DNA of 58,017 nucleotides, from positions 1 through 58,017 of the IMG/VR virus record IMGVR_UViG_3300045526_000297; one strand, given 5' to 3'. Below the pieces are notes generated by a model. It saw only the letters and a program-made list of their open reading frames with translations, was not told where the DNA came from and did no database searches. The stretch is from a virus. Lineage: Duplodnaviria > Caudoviricetes. Positions 1 through 9,657 of the stretch are shown piece by piece. Numbering within the stretch: position 1 is the first letter of the stretch; each line of letters begins with the position of its first letter. Made by a program: the position numbers and the translations under genes.

Positions 1-474
1 AAAAATCCTCATTTTGCAAATAGGGCAAAACAAACTTCTACTAAATTCTATTTCTGTTTGGATGGTGAAAGCAACCCAGCAAAAAGACCTGAAATAAAGG
101 AAAAAATAAGACAAGGAAAACTCGGGGAAAATAATCCAGCAAAAAAATCAGAAGTTAGGGAAAAAATATCAGTAGCAGCAAAAAATAGAAAGGCATCTGA
201 AGAAACAAGAAAAAAAATGAGTCAAATGCGTAAAGGAAGACCTTCTCCAAAAGGAATGTTAGGTAAAAAACTTACAGAGGATCAAAGGCAAAAAATAAGA
301 GAGAAAAAGGTGGCAAGAGATAACAAGACTTGGATAATAAAAGATCCTGAGGGTAAAATACACACTACAAATAATTTGAAATATTTTTGTGAGTTAAATA
401 ATTTAACAGATTCGGCAATTCATCACGTAATTTCTGGAAAAAGAAACCACCACAAAGGATGGACGAGGGCTTGA
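1..474 (+). CDS. 5'-truncated free-standing homing endonuclease with NUMOD3-like repeats
   Basis: Frame is open from base 1 (KNPHFANRAKQTSTKF...). It has repeated 'GENNPAK..E.REKIS' and 'SEETRKKMS...KG' motifs and a C-terminal 'FC..NNL...HHKGW' HTH-like tail. It sits directly upstream of gp32. Confidence 0.7.
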   Translation, partial: KNPHFANRAKQTSTKFYFCLDGESNPAKRPEIKEKIRQGKLGENNPAKKSEVREKISVAAKNRKASEETRKKMSQMRKGRPSPKGMLGKKLTEDQRQKIREKKVARDNKTWIIKDPEGKIHTTNNLKYFCELNNLTDSAIHHVISGKRNHHKGWTRA

Positions 475-499
475 CATCCCTTTATGGGTCTCCTATAAT
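471..499 (+). promoter_or_regulatory. sigma70-type promoter for gp32
   Basis: TTGACA (471-476), 17-bp spacer, TATAAT (494-499); perfect consensus. Confidence 0.85.
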
Positions 500-551
500 A
501 AAGTTGTCGAAAAACAAAACCCGACAAATCCAATTTATCCAAAAAACCTAA

Positions 552-1475
552 ATGTCATTCGAAAATCTTAAGAAGCAATCCAAACTCGGAAGTCTTACTG
601 CCAAACTGGTAAAAGAAGTTGAAAAAATGAATACTTCCGGTTCGTCTACAGATGACCGATTCTGGTCTTTGACAGTAGACAAAGCACAAAATGGTTATGC
701 TGTAATTCGTTTTCTTCCTGCTCCTGCCGACGAAGATCTACCATTTGTAAAAATTTATAGTCACGCATTCCAAGGTAACTCCGGATGGTTGATCGATACG
801 TGCCTCACCACACTTAATCAAAAGTGTCCGGTTTGTGAACATAATTCTGGTCTGTGGAATAATGGGACAGATGCCGGAAAAGAAGTTGCACGTAAGCAGA
901 AGCGTAAATTGACTTATGTTAGCAACATTTACATTGTAAAGGATCCGGCAAATCCGGAAAACGAAGGTAAAGTTTTTCTCTTTAAGTATGGTAAGAAAAT
1001 TTTTGATAAAATTACCGAAGCCATGCAACCTGAGTTTGAGGATGAGACTCCAATCGATCCCTTTGATTTCTGGCAGGGCGCAAACTTTAAACTGAAGGCA
1101 AAGAATGTTGCTGGTTATCGTAACTATGATTCTAGTGAATTTGCCTCTCAAGGAGCTCTTTTAGATGATGATGATGCTCTGGAAGCAATCTGGAAAAAAC
1201 AGTATTCTCTTCAAGAATTTGTGGCTCCGGATCAGTTCAAAACTTATGATGAACTGAAAAAGCGTCTGGATTCTGTTCTTGGATCTAAAACCTCCACTCA
1301 TATTGATGAAGAAGTTGAAAATGAAGAAAATTATCGTGGGCCTATCAAAGAACTTGATGATGATCTTCGTATTGAACTAACTAGTCTCAAGACTACTCGT
1401 AGTTCTCCCGATCCTATTGATGATGAAGAAGATGATGCTCTTAGTTATTTCTCTAAATTGGCATCCGAAGACTGA
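552..1475 (+). CDS. gp32: single-stranded DNA-binding protein (T4 gp32 family)
   Basis: DDRFW, NGYAVIRFLPAP, Zn ligands H..C(LTT)..CPVCE, NPENEGKVFLFKYGKKIFDKI, acidic C-terminus. Confidence 0.97.
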   Translation: MSFENLKKQSKLGSLTAKLVKEVEKMNTSGSSTDDRFWSLTVDKAQNGYAVIRFLPAPADEDLPFVKIYSHAFQGNSGWLIDTCLTTLNQKCPVCEHNSGLWNNGTDAGKEVARKQKRKLTYVSNIYIVKDPANPENEGKVFLFKYGKKIFDKITEAMQPEFEDETPIDPFDFWQGANFKLKAKNVAGYRNYDSSEFASQGALLDDDDALEAIWKKQYSLQEFVAPDQFKTYDELKKRLDSVLGSKTSTHIDEEVENEENYRGPIKELDDDLRIELTSLKTTRSSPDPIDDEEDDALSYFSKLASED

Positions 1476-1476
1476 T

Positions 1477-2166
1477 TTATCTGGACAGAATTGCTCTTGT
1501 ATTTTCTGTTTTAATTAATTTATCATTAACATAAAGCGATGATTCACTATAAGTCATCGCTTTTTTTGTATCCATTAGAACCTGTTGTAAATAAATTGGT
1601 TTAAGTACATAAATTGTTCTTTTTTTATCATTTTCACTTACTTCGTATTCATAATTAGTAATTCCAACTGTGGGATTGGAAATGTTAACAATGTGTGGTT
1701 CTATAATAGATTCATTTGTATATGTTTTACCACTATCTTGATAAGAAAGTTTAAAATTTTGATCTACAATTTTACCTGCAGGTAAAATTAATCTATCTTG
1801 AGAATCTCTAATTTCAATAGTCTCATAATGATGTATGGCATTTAAGTTTTCACCATAACGTTGTTCGGCATACTCATATACTTCCATATCAGAAAGAGGC
1901 CATTGATCTCTAATTCTTGTAATACCTGATGATATTAATACAACCCAATCATATTGAGAACTTCCATATAGTTCCTCTGCAACTAATTCTGGTCTGGATC
2001 CATCAAGTATTTGATACTTATCAAAGACAGTAAAGACATTTTGCAAATCATCACGAAGTTTAACTCTACGGAATAAATTTTTGACAATTAGATAATCATC
2101 AATCGATGATTTATCTGAAAGAAAAGATTGATATTCTAGGTTTGGTAGTTCTCTAAAATATGTCAT
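1477..2166 (-). CDS. gp53: baseplate wedge subunit (gp53, LysM-like)
   Basis: YFRELPNLEY, KNLFRR, RPELVAEELYGSSQYDWVVL, IHHYET, NYEYE. Confidence 0.9.
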   Translation of the reverse strand: MTYFRELPNLEYQSFLSDKSSIDDYLIVKNLFRRVKLRDDLQNVFTVFDKYQILDGSRPELVAEELYGSSQYDWVVLISSGITRIRDQWPLSDMEVYEYAEQRYGENLNAIHHYETIEIRDSQDRLILPAGKIVDQNFKLSYQDSGKTYTNESIIEPHIVNISNPTVGITNYEYEVSENDKKRTIYVLKPIYLQQVLMDTKKAMTYSESSLYVNDKLIKTENTRAILSR

Positions 2167-3080
2167 TAGTAACCGGTTCCTACTCGTTTAAAATTGTTAG
2201 CGTTATCAACATAATCTTCTCTATAAATTGGAGATAACTCTTGAAACTGTAAAGACAATTGCATGTGAACTGGAGTAGCATCTGGATATGTTGCATATTG
2301 TGCGGATCCGTTGTAGTTCACACTCATTTGGGTCAATGCACATGGTTTAAATTGGTGTAAAAATGGATGAGGTTTTCCTCCACTCATATACTCCAACTTA
2401 AACACATTAGGAGCTTTCACAAAAAGACCTCCACCATTCGTTGATGGATTTCCTTTTTGTGGAGTCATATTTACTTTAAACGTGCGAATGATTTTTTTAA
2501 TCATTTCAGATTCTTTTTGAGATCTTGGAACCATATCAAAATTGAAACTGAATGCCGGTCTCATAGATACGCCATTAAATAATAATTCAACATTTTGATT
2601 AAATACTTGTCCTGTTGCTCTTGAGATGATTTGATTAATATCTCCTTGCCCTAACAACGATCCTAAAGCAGCGGCTGCTGTTCCTGCAGATGCAGCCTTT
2701 TGTCCCTCTCCAGTTGACAATGCGCTCGTCAAATTTTGTCCGAATTTACTAATTGACTCTGCTAAAGATCCAACAGGATTTCCACTTTGTACTGCAGATG
2801 ATGCAGCATTTGTGAGAGTTCCTTGAATTGGATTCATTGTTCCACTCACCCAATCTGCTGCATTGTTGTCCTGAATATTTGCAGGCATTGGAAGAATAAT
2901 TGTTGCCAAAGATTTTTTAATGTTTCCTGATTGTTGAAGTGCTTCTTCAGTAGTTCTTAATGCAAATCCTCCTGTTAAATTAAGACCAGGTGCTTTATAT
3001 TCTATAACATCAATTTTGAAATAGTCATCTTGAGGACCAATATTTTTAATTGGATATCTCAAAAGGGTGGGTTTGGACAT
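2166..3080 (-). CDS. gp48: baseplate tail-tube cap (gp48)
   Basis: LRYP, ILPMP, NQNVELLFNG, FSFNFDMVPRS..ES, KPCALTQMSVNY, LQFQELSPIY; adjacent to gp53. Confidence 0.88.
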   Translation of the reverse strand: MSKPTLLRYPIKNIGPQDDYFKIDVIEYKAPGLNLTGGFALRTTEEALQQSGNIKKSLATIILPMPANIQDNNAADWVSGTMNPIQGTLTNAASSAVQSGNPVGSLAESISKFGQNLTSALSTGEGQKAASAGTAAAALGSLLGQGDINQIISRATGQVFNQNVELLFNGVSMRPAFSFNFDMVPRSQKESEMIKKIIRTFKVNMTPQKGNPSTNGGGLFVKAPNVFKLEYMSGGKPHPFLHQFKPCALTQMSVNYNGSAQYATYPDATPVHMQLSLQFQELSPIYREDYVDNANNFKRVGTGY

Positions 3081-3105
3081 TTATGTTCTTTTTAGTTATT
3101 TATTT

Positions 3106-3681
3106 CTAATTTTGTATTAATTTTCCATAAGGAACGGATTTCAATATTTCAAATTCTTGTCTACTTATTTCAAATAACCCACTTACAAGTCTATCACCAT
3201 CTACTGTATTATATTGTCGTATTTTTCCAAGATGAAAATTAAATCCTCTAAATCCTCTAGGTAATGTATCTCCTGCTATGATTAGTGGATGGCGATCATA
3301 AATGATTTTAGGAGTTGCCGCATAGTAAATGTAAGTATAATATTTTTTCGAAATCGTAAAATCTCTTTTTGTGTCTTCAATTCTGGTTAATATTTCGTCC
3401 ATCATTTCTTCTGCAGTTTCTGTTCCTAATAAAGACTCTCTAAAACCTTTTAGACGATTTGCATTTAATGTTGGGGATTTAGGTTTATTTGGGTTGGCAT
3501 TTTTATAATCAGGATCATTTTTAATAATGCTAATTAGTTGCTCTTTTGTTAATCGGTTGTAACCATCAGTTTTTCCCTTTCCTGATGCAGTTTTGTAGTA
3601 AATGCTATAAGATTGGGCAATTTTAACAAGATCTAATTTAGTGTAGTCTTTGAGACTTTTTTCGTAACCCGTGAGTTCCAT
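3106..3681 (-). CDS. putative DNA end protector (gp2-like) with N-terminal small helical repeats
   Basis: C-terminal 'YTYIYYA.TP...YDRHPLI...GFRGFNFH' resembles gp2-like proteins; lies next to gp4. Confidence 0.5.
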   Translation of the reverse strand: MELTGYEKSLKDYTKLDLVKIAQSYSIYYKTASGKGKTDGYNRLTKEQLISIIKNDPDYKNANPNKPKSPTLNANRLKGFRESLLGTETAEEMMDEILTRIEDTKRDFTISKKYYTYIYYAATPKIIYDRHPLIIAGDTLPRGFRGFNFHLGKIRQYNTVDGDRLVSGLFEISRQEFEILKSVPYGKLIQN

Positions 3682-3685
3682 TTAA

Positions 3686-4123
3686 TTATTTAATATTAAG
3701 GTCTTCTTCTGTTAAAATTTTAAATTGATATCCTCTGTCCTCACACCATTCTTTAGCAACTTCCCATTTAGATTGATTTTTTGCATATTCCATTACTTCA
3801 TAAATATACCCTTTTGTTTTTCTTTTTGGTTCTTTCGGAAGAATAGTTTGTTTTTTTGGTTTAATCTCTACAAGATATTTTTTTATACTTCCATCACTAG
3901 TCATTTCTTTTACAAAAAAATCAGGAAAATATCTATGAAGGCGATTATCGATTGGAGATTTATACCAAAGAAATATTTCCTCACTTGACCATTCGAGTAT
4001 ATGTTCACTTGTATCTAGATATTTCATGTATTTTCTTTCCCACAGTGATCTCCAAATTACGTTTGTTGGATCTCCCTTATATTTTTTGGGGTTTTTAAGT
4101 TTATATTTTCCCTTATAAGACAT
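3686..4123 (-). CDS. gp4: head completion nuclease (gp4, TnsA-like PD-(D/E)XK)
   Basis: YKGKY...NPKKYKGDPTNVIWRSLWE, WSSEE, HRYFPDF, VEIKP, KW..A..WC. Confidence 0.95.
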   Translation of the reverse strand: MSYKGKYKLKNPKKYKGDPTNVIWRSLWERKYMKYLDTSEHILEWSSEEIFLWYKSPIDNRLHRYFPDFFVKEMTSDGSIKKYLVEIKPKKQTILPKEPKRKTKGYIYEVMEYAKNQSKWEVAKEWCEDRGYQFKILTEEDLNIK

Positions 4124-4161
4124 CTAAATACTTATACTATAAACCATACAATAGGTATTTA
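4124..4161. promoter_or_regulatory. divergent late promoters between gp4 and the tail-tube-like gene
   Basis: CTAAATA on the + strand (~4124) and TATTTAG (CTAAATA on the - strand, ~4156); variants of the T4 late promoter TATAAATA. Confidence 0.6.
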
Positions 4162-4165
4162 GAGA

Positions 4166-4978
4166 GTGGCAAAACCACGCAAAATATCAGACATTAAACC
4201 GTTATTTACTAATCTTGCTCAAACTTCTCATTATGAAGTTAAATTTGGGGGATTACCATCTCAATTAATTTCATATTTACTTAAAAGAGGTATAACTTCA
4301 AGATTTATCGCAGAAGATGCAGGTCTTTTGTGTTTTAATGCAATTCTTCCAACATCCCAAATTGCTACCACAGACATTGCTGGAAATTATATTGGAATAA
4401 CCGAAACTTTTGCTCACCGTAGGATATATCAAGATATATCTCTCGAATTTTATGTTGATAAGAACTACAATACTTTAAAATTTCTAGAGCACTGGATGGA
4501 ATTCATTGCAAGTGGTTCTCATAATCCAATTGATGGTACTTTAGGAACAATTAATCAAAATGTTGATGAGGGATATTTCATAAGAATGCAGTATCCAGAA
4601 TATTATAAATCAAATAGAACTAGAATAATTAAATTTGATAGAGATTATCAGAGAGAACTTGAATATACTTTCATAGGACTATATCCATATAGCATTGCAT
4701 CAATTCCTGTATCATATTCTCAATCTGATATTTTAAAGATGCAAGTTACATTTAAGATTGATAGGTATGTAATTGGTAAATCATTTAGTTATGATATTGC
4801 TCTTAAACGTGATAATAACAAACTTCCAGATTCTCCTCAACAACCATCACCTTCTCAGGTAAGGGATAGAAGAAATCTATTAATTCCTAGATCTCCAGGA
4901 TCAATTCCTTCAAATGGAGTTCAACTTTTTCCATCTAATCAAACTTTATATGAATCATTATACGGAAAAAGGCAATAA
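4166..4978 (+). CDS. tail tube/tube-initiator family protein (gp19/gp54-like)
   Basis: GTG start; LAQTSHYEV, LLC..A.LP, FAHRRIY, LEFYVD, FLEHWMEFI, YTFIGLYP..I.SIPVSY. Confidence 0.75.
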   Translation: MAKPRKISDIKPLFTNLAQTSHYEVKFGGLPSQLISYLLKRGITSRFIAEDAGLLCFNAILPTSQIATTDIAGNYIGITETFAHRRIYQDISLEFYVDKNYNTLKFLEHWMEFIASGSHNPIDGTLGTINQNVDEGYFIRMQYPEYYKSNRTRIIKFDRDYQRELEYTFIGLYPYSIASIPVSYSQSDILKMQVTFKIDRYVIGKSFSYDIALKRDNNKLPDSPQQPSPSQVRDRRNLLIPRSPGSIPSNGVQLFPSNQTLYESLYGKRQ

Positions 4979-4999
4979 ATAAATTTAATCATATAATTA

Positions 5000-5725
5000 T
5001 TGAACATGCCTTTACCAAAAATTGCGACTCCTTCATATAATTTGGAAATTCCATCTACTAAAAAAGAAATTAAATTCAGACCATTTCTTGTAAAAGAAGA
5101 AAAGATTTTAATTATTGCAATGGAAAGTGAGGATCCAAAACAGATCACTGATGCAGTTAAAACTATTCTTGAAAATTGCATTCTTACCAAGGGAATTAAT
5201 ATTAATCAATTAGCAACATTTGATATTGAATATTTGTTTTTAAATATTCGTGGAAAATCTGTTGGAGAAAATGTTGATGTATTAATTACTTGTCCGGATG
5301 ATGGAAAAACTCAAGTTCCGGTGAGTATAAGTTTAGATGACATTAAAGTTAATTTTAATAAAGATCATTCTAAAGACATTAAGTTGGATGATAATTTAAT
5401 TTTACGAATGAGATATCCTTCTTTGAAGGAATTTATAAAAACAAACTTTACCAATAATTTCAATATAAGTGTTGATGAAACTTTTGACCTAATTGTTTCT
5501 TGTATTGATCAAGTTTATAATGAAGAAGAATCTTGGTCTTCCAGTGATTGTACAAGTAAAGAACTTTCTGAATTTATGGATCAATTAACTTCCTTACAAT
5601 TTAAAGAGGTTGAAAAGTTTTTCCAAACAATGCCAAAACTTTCTCATACACTGAAAATTAAAAATCCAAATACAAAAGTGGAAAGTGAGGTAGTATTGGA
5701 GGGTCTATCAAGTTTTTTCGCCTAG
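5000..5725 (+). CDS. gp26: baseplate hub subunit/chaperone gp26
   Basis: MPLPKIATP.Y.L, FRPFLVKEEKIL, FDIEYLFLNIRGKSVGE, CPDD, FF.TMPKL, LEGL.SFF. Likely start is ATG 5006. Confidence 0.93.
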   Translation: MNMPLPKIATPSYNLEIPSTKKEIKFRPFLVKEEKILIIAMESEDPKQITDAVKTILENCILTKGININQLATFDIEYLFLNIRGKSVGENVDVLITCPDDGKTQVPVSISLDDIKVNFNKDHSKDIKLDDNLILRMRYPSLKEFIKTNFTNNFNISVDETFDLIVSCIDQVYNEEESWSSSDCTSKELSEFMDQLTSLQFKEVEKFFQTMPKLSHTLKIKNPNTKVESEVVLEGLSSFFA

Positions 5726-5727
5726 CA

Positions 5728-5904
5728 ATGGCTCATGAAAGTCTTGAGTCATACTACAAAACTAATTTTTCTTTAATTCATCATCACAGGTATTCTCTCA
5801 CTGAAATAGAGAACATGATTCCGTGGGAGAGGGAAATTTACATTGCTCTTATCAAACAACATATTGAAGAAGAAAATTTAAAGAATCAACAGGTATCCTC
5901 TTAG
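5728..5904 (+). CDS. gp51: baseplate hub assembly protein gp51-like (58 aa; absent from the ORF track)
   Basis: Manual translation: MAHESLESYYKTNFSLIHHHRYSLTEIENMIPWEREIYIALIKQHIEEENLKNQQVSS. Confidence 0.85.
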   Translation: MAHESLESYYKTNFSLIHHHRYSLTEIENMIPWEREIYIALIKQHIEEENLKNQQVSS

Positions 5905-5951
5905 GTAAATAAATAGTTTATAACGATAAAAAAATAAATAGAAGATCAATA

Positions 5952-7694
5952 ATGGCTGAGATAGATTCTGGGACATCAGGACAATCTGGTAACAATACTA
6001 CATCAGGATCTATTTTATCTAAAGACGTTAGAAATGCTGTTTTAAAAAATAATGCAATAGATTCTTCCATTTTTAGAAATGATTTATTAGCATCCGAAAA
6101 TAGAAGAAGACAAATAGATCTTGAAAATAGTGCGGTAATTAGAGAACAAGAAAAAGCTCTTATTGGATTTAATTCAAGTATTCAGTCACTTAGATCTGAT
6201 ATTGGAAGATTAGGGGTAGGACTTGAAAATATTGCACTACTTCTTCGTCAAGATGGCGCGGAAGAACAGAATAGAATTAGACAAGATCAGGAAAAAGAAA
6301 GAAGATTAGCGGAACAACAGATAAGAATAGGAAAAGAAAATCAATTAGAACAAAAGATACAAAATGCAGTTACGGAACCTGTAGAAAGGTTGGTTCCCAA
6401 AGTAAATGATATTTTTGGAAGAATAGGTGCGGCACTTTCTATTCTATTTGGTGGTTGGTTAACTAATCAGGTTGTTCAGGCGATAAGAGCATCTGAAGAA
6501 AAAAATACGAAATTATTTAATGATATTAAATTTAATATTGTTAAAAATTTAGCTATTGTTGGTGGAGGATTATTTGCAATTAGAGCAGGATTTTCTTTGG
6601 TTAAAAGATCCATTTCCGGAATCGCTTCTGGATTGACCAAGTTGTTAATTGCAAAACCACTTGCAGCTGCTGCATCATTGATACCTGGCATGGGTAGAAG
6701 AACTACCAGTTCGGGGGGAGGTGGTGGAATAAAACCCGGAGGTGGTAGAAGAACTACCAGTTCGGGGGGAGGTGGTGGAATAAAACCCGGAGGTGGTAGA
6801 AGTGGTCTTAATGTACGTGGTAATCTTGCAATAGGATCTTTAATGACGGGGATTGATATTGCTTCTGGAGAAAATCCAGGAAGAGCTATTGCCGGAGCTG
6901 TAGGAGGAATGTTTACATCAGCGACTGCCTTTGGTTTGGCATCTTTATTACCAATTCCGATGTCTGGAGTTATTTCCAGTGCTTTGGCATACAGTCCAGG
7001 ACAAAATTTTACAAAAGATATTTATGATAAATTTTTTGGCAACTCTAATAAAAATTCTGGAATGAATTCTAGCGGTGCTCCAACATCTTCATCAAAACCA
7101 ATGTCTATGGGGGAACCATCTTCTACACAATCAACACCCCCAACAACACAATTGTCAGTACCAACCACACAATCAACACCTCCCATGGTGCAACCACAAA
7201 CTCCAATGATGGGAGAAAAACCAACTTCATCTCCACCATCTCCGGATATGGTTTCAAAATTTGAACAGGCATGGCAATATAGAAATAATCCTATGACTAG
7301 AAGAAAAATTGAAGGTGCTTGGAATCAAATGACTCCTGATCAAAAACAGCAGGCAAAAGATTGGGCAGCATCAAAGGGTTATGATTGGAGGGAAATGAAA
7401 TTACAAGAATCTCCTAGTATGGCGGATTTTAAACAAGAACCACCTAAACAAATAGATGAATCTAAACCAGCACAGGCAGAAATTTCCCCCACACCTAAAC
7501 CATCTCAAGAAGTTGGTCAATTGCCAGAACCAAAACCAACATTGACAATGATTAAAACATCTACACAACAAATGCAACAACCCGAAGTTCCATTAACCAG
7601 TGGTGCATTGAGTGATGTCCCATTAATAAATTCTGCAAATCCAGATAATTTTTATATTTTATATTCTCAATTAAATTATAACGTGGTAATCTAA
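5952..7694 (+). CDS. putative virion/tape-measure-like protein (coiled coil, Gly-rich hydrophobic middle, Pro/Ser-rich tail)
   Basis: Composition and position after gp26/gp51; upstream TAAATAAATA late-promoter motif near 5906. Confidence 0.5.
   Translation: MAEIDSGTSGQSGNNTTSGSILSKDVRNAVLKNNAIDSSIFRNDLLASENRRRQIDLENSAVIREQEKALIGFNSSIQSLRSDIGRLGVGLENIALLLRQDGAEEQNRIRQDQEKERRLAEQQIRIGKENQLEQKIQNAVTEPVERLVPKVNDIFGRIGAALSILFGGWLTNQVVQAIRASEEKNTKLFNDIKFNIVKNLAIVGGGLFAIRAGFSLVKRSISGIASGLTKLLIAKPLAAAASLIPGMGRRTTSSGGGGGIKPGGGRRTTSSGGGGGIKPGGGRSGLNVRGNLAIGSLMTGIDIASGENPGRAIAGAVGGMFTSATAFGLASLLPIPMSGVISSALAYSPGQNFTKDIYDKFFGNSNKNSGMNSSGAPTSSSKPMSMGEPSSTQSTPPTTQLSVPTTQSTPPMVQPQTPMMGEKPTSSPPSPDMVSKFEQAWQYRNNPMTRRKIEGAWNQMTPDQKQQAKDWAASKGYDWREMKLQESPSMADFKQEPPKQIDESKPAQAEISPTPKPSQEVGQLPEPKPTLTMIKTSTQQMQQPEVPLTSGALSDVPLINSANPDNFYILYSQLNYNVVI
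6693..6802 (+). repeat. exact 51-bp in-frame tandem duplication (GRRTTSSGGGGGIKPGG x2)
   Basis: Unit starts at 6693 and 6744, with a partial third copy at 6795. Confidence 0.95.
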
Positions 7695-7695
7695 A

Positions 7696-9657
7696 ATGGC
7701 AGTTGTAGAATCATTAAAAAAATCCACCATAAACATTGAGAGTATTTCTAAATCTTTATCATCTACTAAAAAAACTGTTTTATCAACATCAAAATCTGTT
7801 GATAATATTTCTAAAATTATTTCAAATAATACAAGAGTAAAGAGAGAATTATTTGCAAGATCTGAAGTTTTAGATTCAAGAAGAAAAGAAGCATCAAAAA
7901 GACAAGAAATTGAAGATCAAATAGAATCTTCAAGAGTTTCTTCTCAACCATCAAGAGGTCTTAGTTTTGTTGGAAAAAGTGATAAAAGTCCTCTTGGTAG
8001 AATATTAGGATTTTTGGGATTTACCTTTGCTGGTTGGATTGTGGAAAATCTACCAACATGGATTTTCATGGGAAAAGAATTTATTTCAAGAATTCAATCA
8101 TTTGGTAGATCTATGTATGATATGGTGGATAATATGAAATTAATCATTGAATCTTTTGGGTCAGTCTTAAAAAATTCATTTGATTCAATAGTAAGACTTG
8201 ATTTTAATGAATTTAGTGAAGGGAGCGTTACACAATCTTTTGATGAACTAACCAGTGCAATTCAGGGTCTTGGAAATGAAATTACAGAAACATTTAAACT
8301 TTTTACAACACCATTAACTGAATCTGTCGAAACTGGTGAGCAAGCACCCGGACTTGCTGAGGATAGACCAGAAACAATGTTTCCTTCTCCGACTGAGGGT
8401 GGCACTGGTGGAGGTGAAAATCAAACTAAAGCATCATATGGAACTAAAGAGCAAAGAGCAATGCTTGATGCTATTGCTTGGGCAGAGGGTGGTGTTTCAT
8501 ATAGAACCATGTTTGGTGGAGGTCAGTTTGACACATCTAAGGGATGGAAACATCCAGATAAAGTAATTCGTAGTGGAGGTTATGCAAGTGCTGCTGCAGG
8601 AAGATATCAATTTATGCCCTTTACTTGGGAAAGAGCAGCAAAGGCACTAGGATTAAAAGATTTTTCACCAATTAACCAAGATAAGGCAGCTATTTGGTTA
8701 ATGGATAAAAGACTTGGTGGAAACTCTGCTGATATATTGAAAAAAGAAGGTGTAAGTAATAGAGTTTTAAACGCTTTTGCTGGAGAATGGGCTGCTGTTC
8801 CCGTGGCAGGTGGTGGAAGTTTTTATGGGCAACCATCAAGAAAAGTCAAGGATTTTAGAGATAAGTATCAATCTTTATTAAAAACAACTCCAGAACAAGT
8901 TCCATCGACACCATCAACACAACAACCTAGATCCATACCCTCTCAAACTAGTTTACCTCCTTTGCCACGAACAAATACTCTTGCGAATCAGTATTATGGT
9001 GCTCCTAGAGATGGAGGAAAAAGAAAACACGCTGGAGTTGATTTTGACATTAGTGGCCCTAATGCAAAATTTTATAGTAGAATTGGTGGAGTAGTTGTTG
9101 GAAGTCCTTTTAGATTTGGTGAAGATGGATGGGCAACAGATATTTACAATAAAGAACTTGGTGTCTATGAAAGAATTGCTGAAGCTGCAAAAATACTTGT
9201 AAAACCTGGTCAAGTTCTCAAACCTGGAGATTTAGTTGCTCAAGGAGAAAGTAGAACTGGAGTTATTCATTATGAAATTAGAACAAAAATAGAAGGTGGA
9301 TTCCAAAATAGTTTAGATCCAATAGCTTTTCTCAGAAGTCCTAAAGTTCAGTCCCAATCTCAATCAAGTATCGCATCTGCAGCAACACCATCATCACAAA
9401 TTAGTCCAACACCTCCAAGTTCCGCATTACCATCAGCACAAATTAGTCCAATACCTCCAAGTTCTACACCAGGATCTAATATAACTCCAGAAAGAAAAGG
9501 TTCTCAAATTTTAGTTATTGATGACAGTCAACCACAAGCACCTCAAGTATCTTATCCTTCCTCTCAACCACAGTCTGCAGCTCCAGAAATTAGTGAATTT
9601 AAGTTGTTAAATAATTTTATCAAGAATAAACTTTTACTCGATTTAGCGTACCTATAA
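7696..9657 (+). CDS. virion protein with lambda-type lysozyme/lytic transglycosylase and M23 peptidase-like domains
   Basis: AMLDAIAWAEG, SAAAGRYQF..TW, DFSP.NQDKAA, EWAA (lambda R-like); YGAPRDGG.RKHAGVDFD and IHYEIR...DP (M23-like). Confidence 0.85.
   Translation: MAVVESLKKSTINIESISKSLSSTKKTVLSTSKSVDNISKIISNNTRVKRELFARSEVLDSRRKEASKRQEIEDQIESSRVSSQPSRGLSFVGKSDKSPLGRILGFLGFTFAGWIVENLPTWIFMGKEFISRIQSFGRSMYDMVDNMKLIIESFGSVLKNSFDSIVRLDFNEFSEGSVTQSFDELTSAIQGLGNEITETFKLFTTPLTESVETGEQAPGLAEDRPETMFPSPTEGGTGGGENQTKASYGTKEQRAMLDAIAWAEGGVSYRTMFGGGQFDTSKGWKHPDKVIRSGGYASAAAGRYQFMPFTWERAAKALGLKDFSPINQDKAAIWLMDKRLGGNSADILKKEGVSNRVLNAFAGEWAAVPVAGGGSFYGQPSRKVKDFRDKYQSLLKTTPEQVPSTPSTQQPRSIPSQTSLPPLPRTNTLANQYYGAPRDGGKRKHAGVDFDISGPNAKFYSRIGGVVVGSPFRFGEDGWATDIYNKELGVYERIAEAAKILVKPGQVLKPGDLVAQGESRTGVIHYEIRTKIEGGFQNSLDPIAFLRSPKVQSQSQSSIASAATPSSQISPTPPSSALPSAQISPIPPSSTPGSNITPERKGSQILVIDDSQPQAPQVSYPSSQPQSAAPEISEFKLLNNFIKNKLLLDLAYL

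Noticed and set aside
1-474. Group I intron around the endonuclease
   Set aside because: gp32 is intact with its own promoter, no split gene is visible, and the upstream context lies outside the window.
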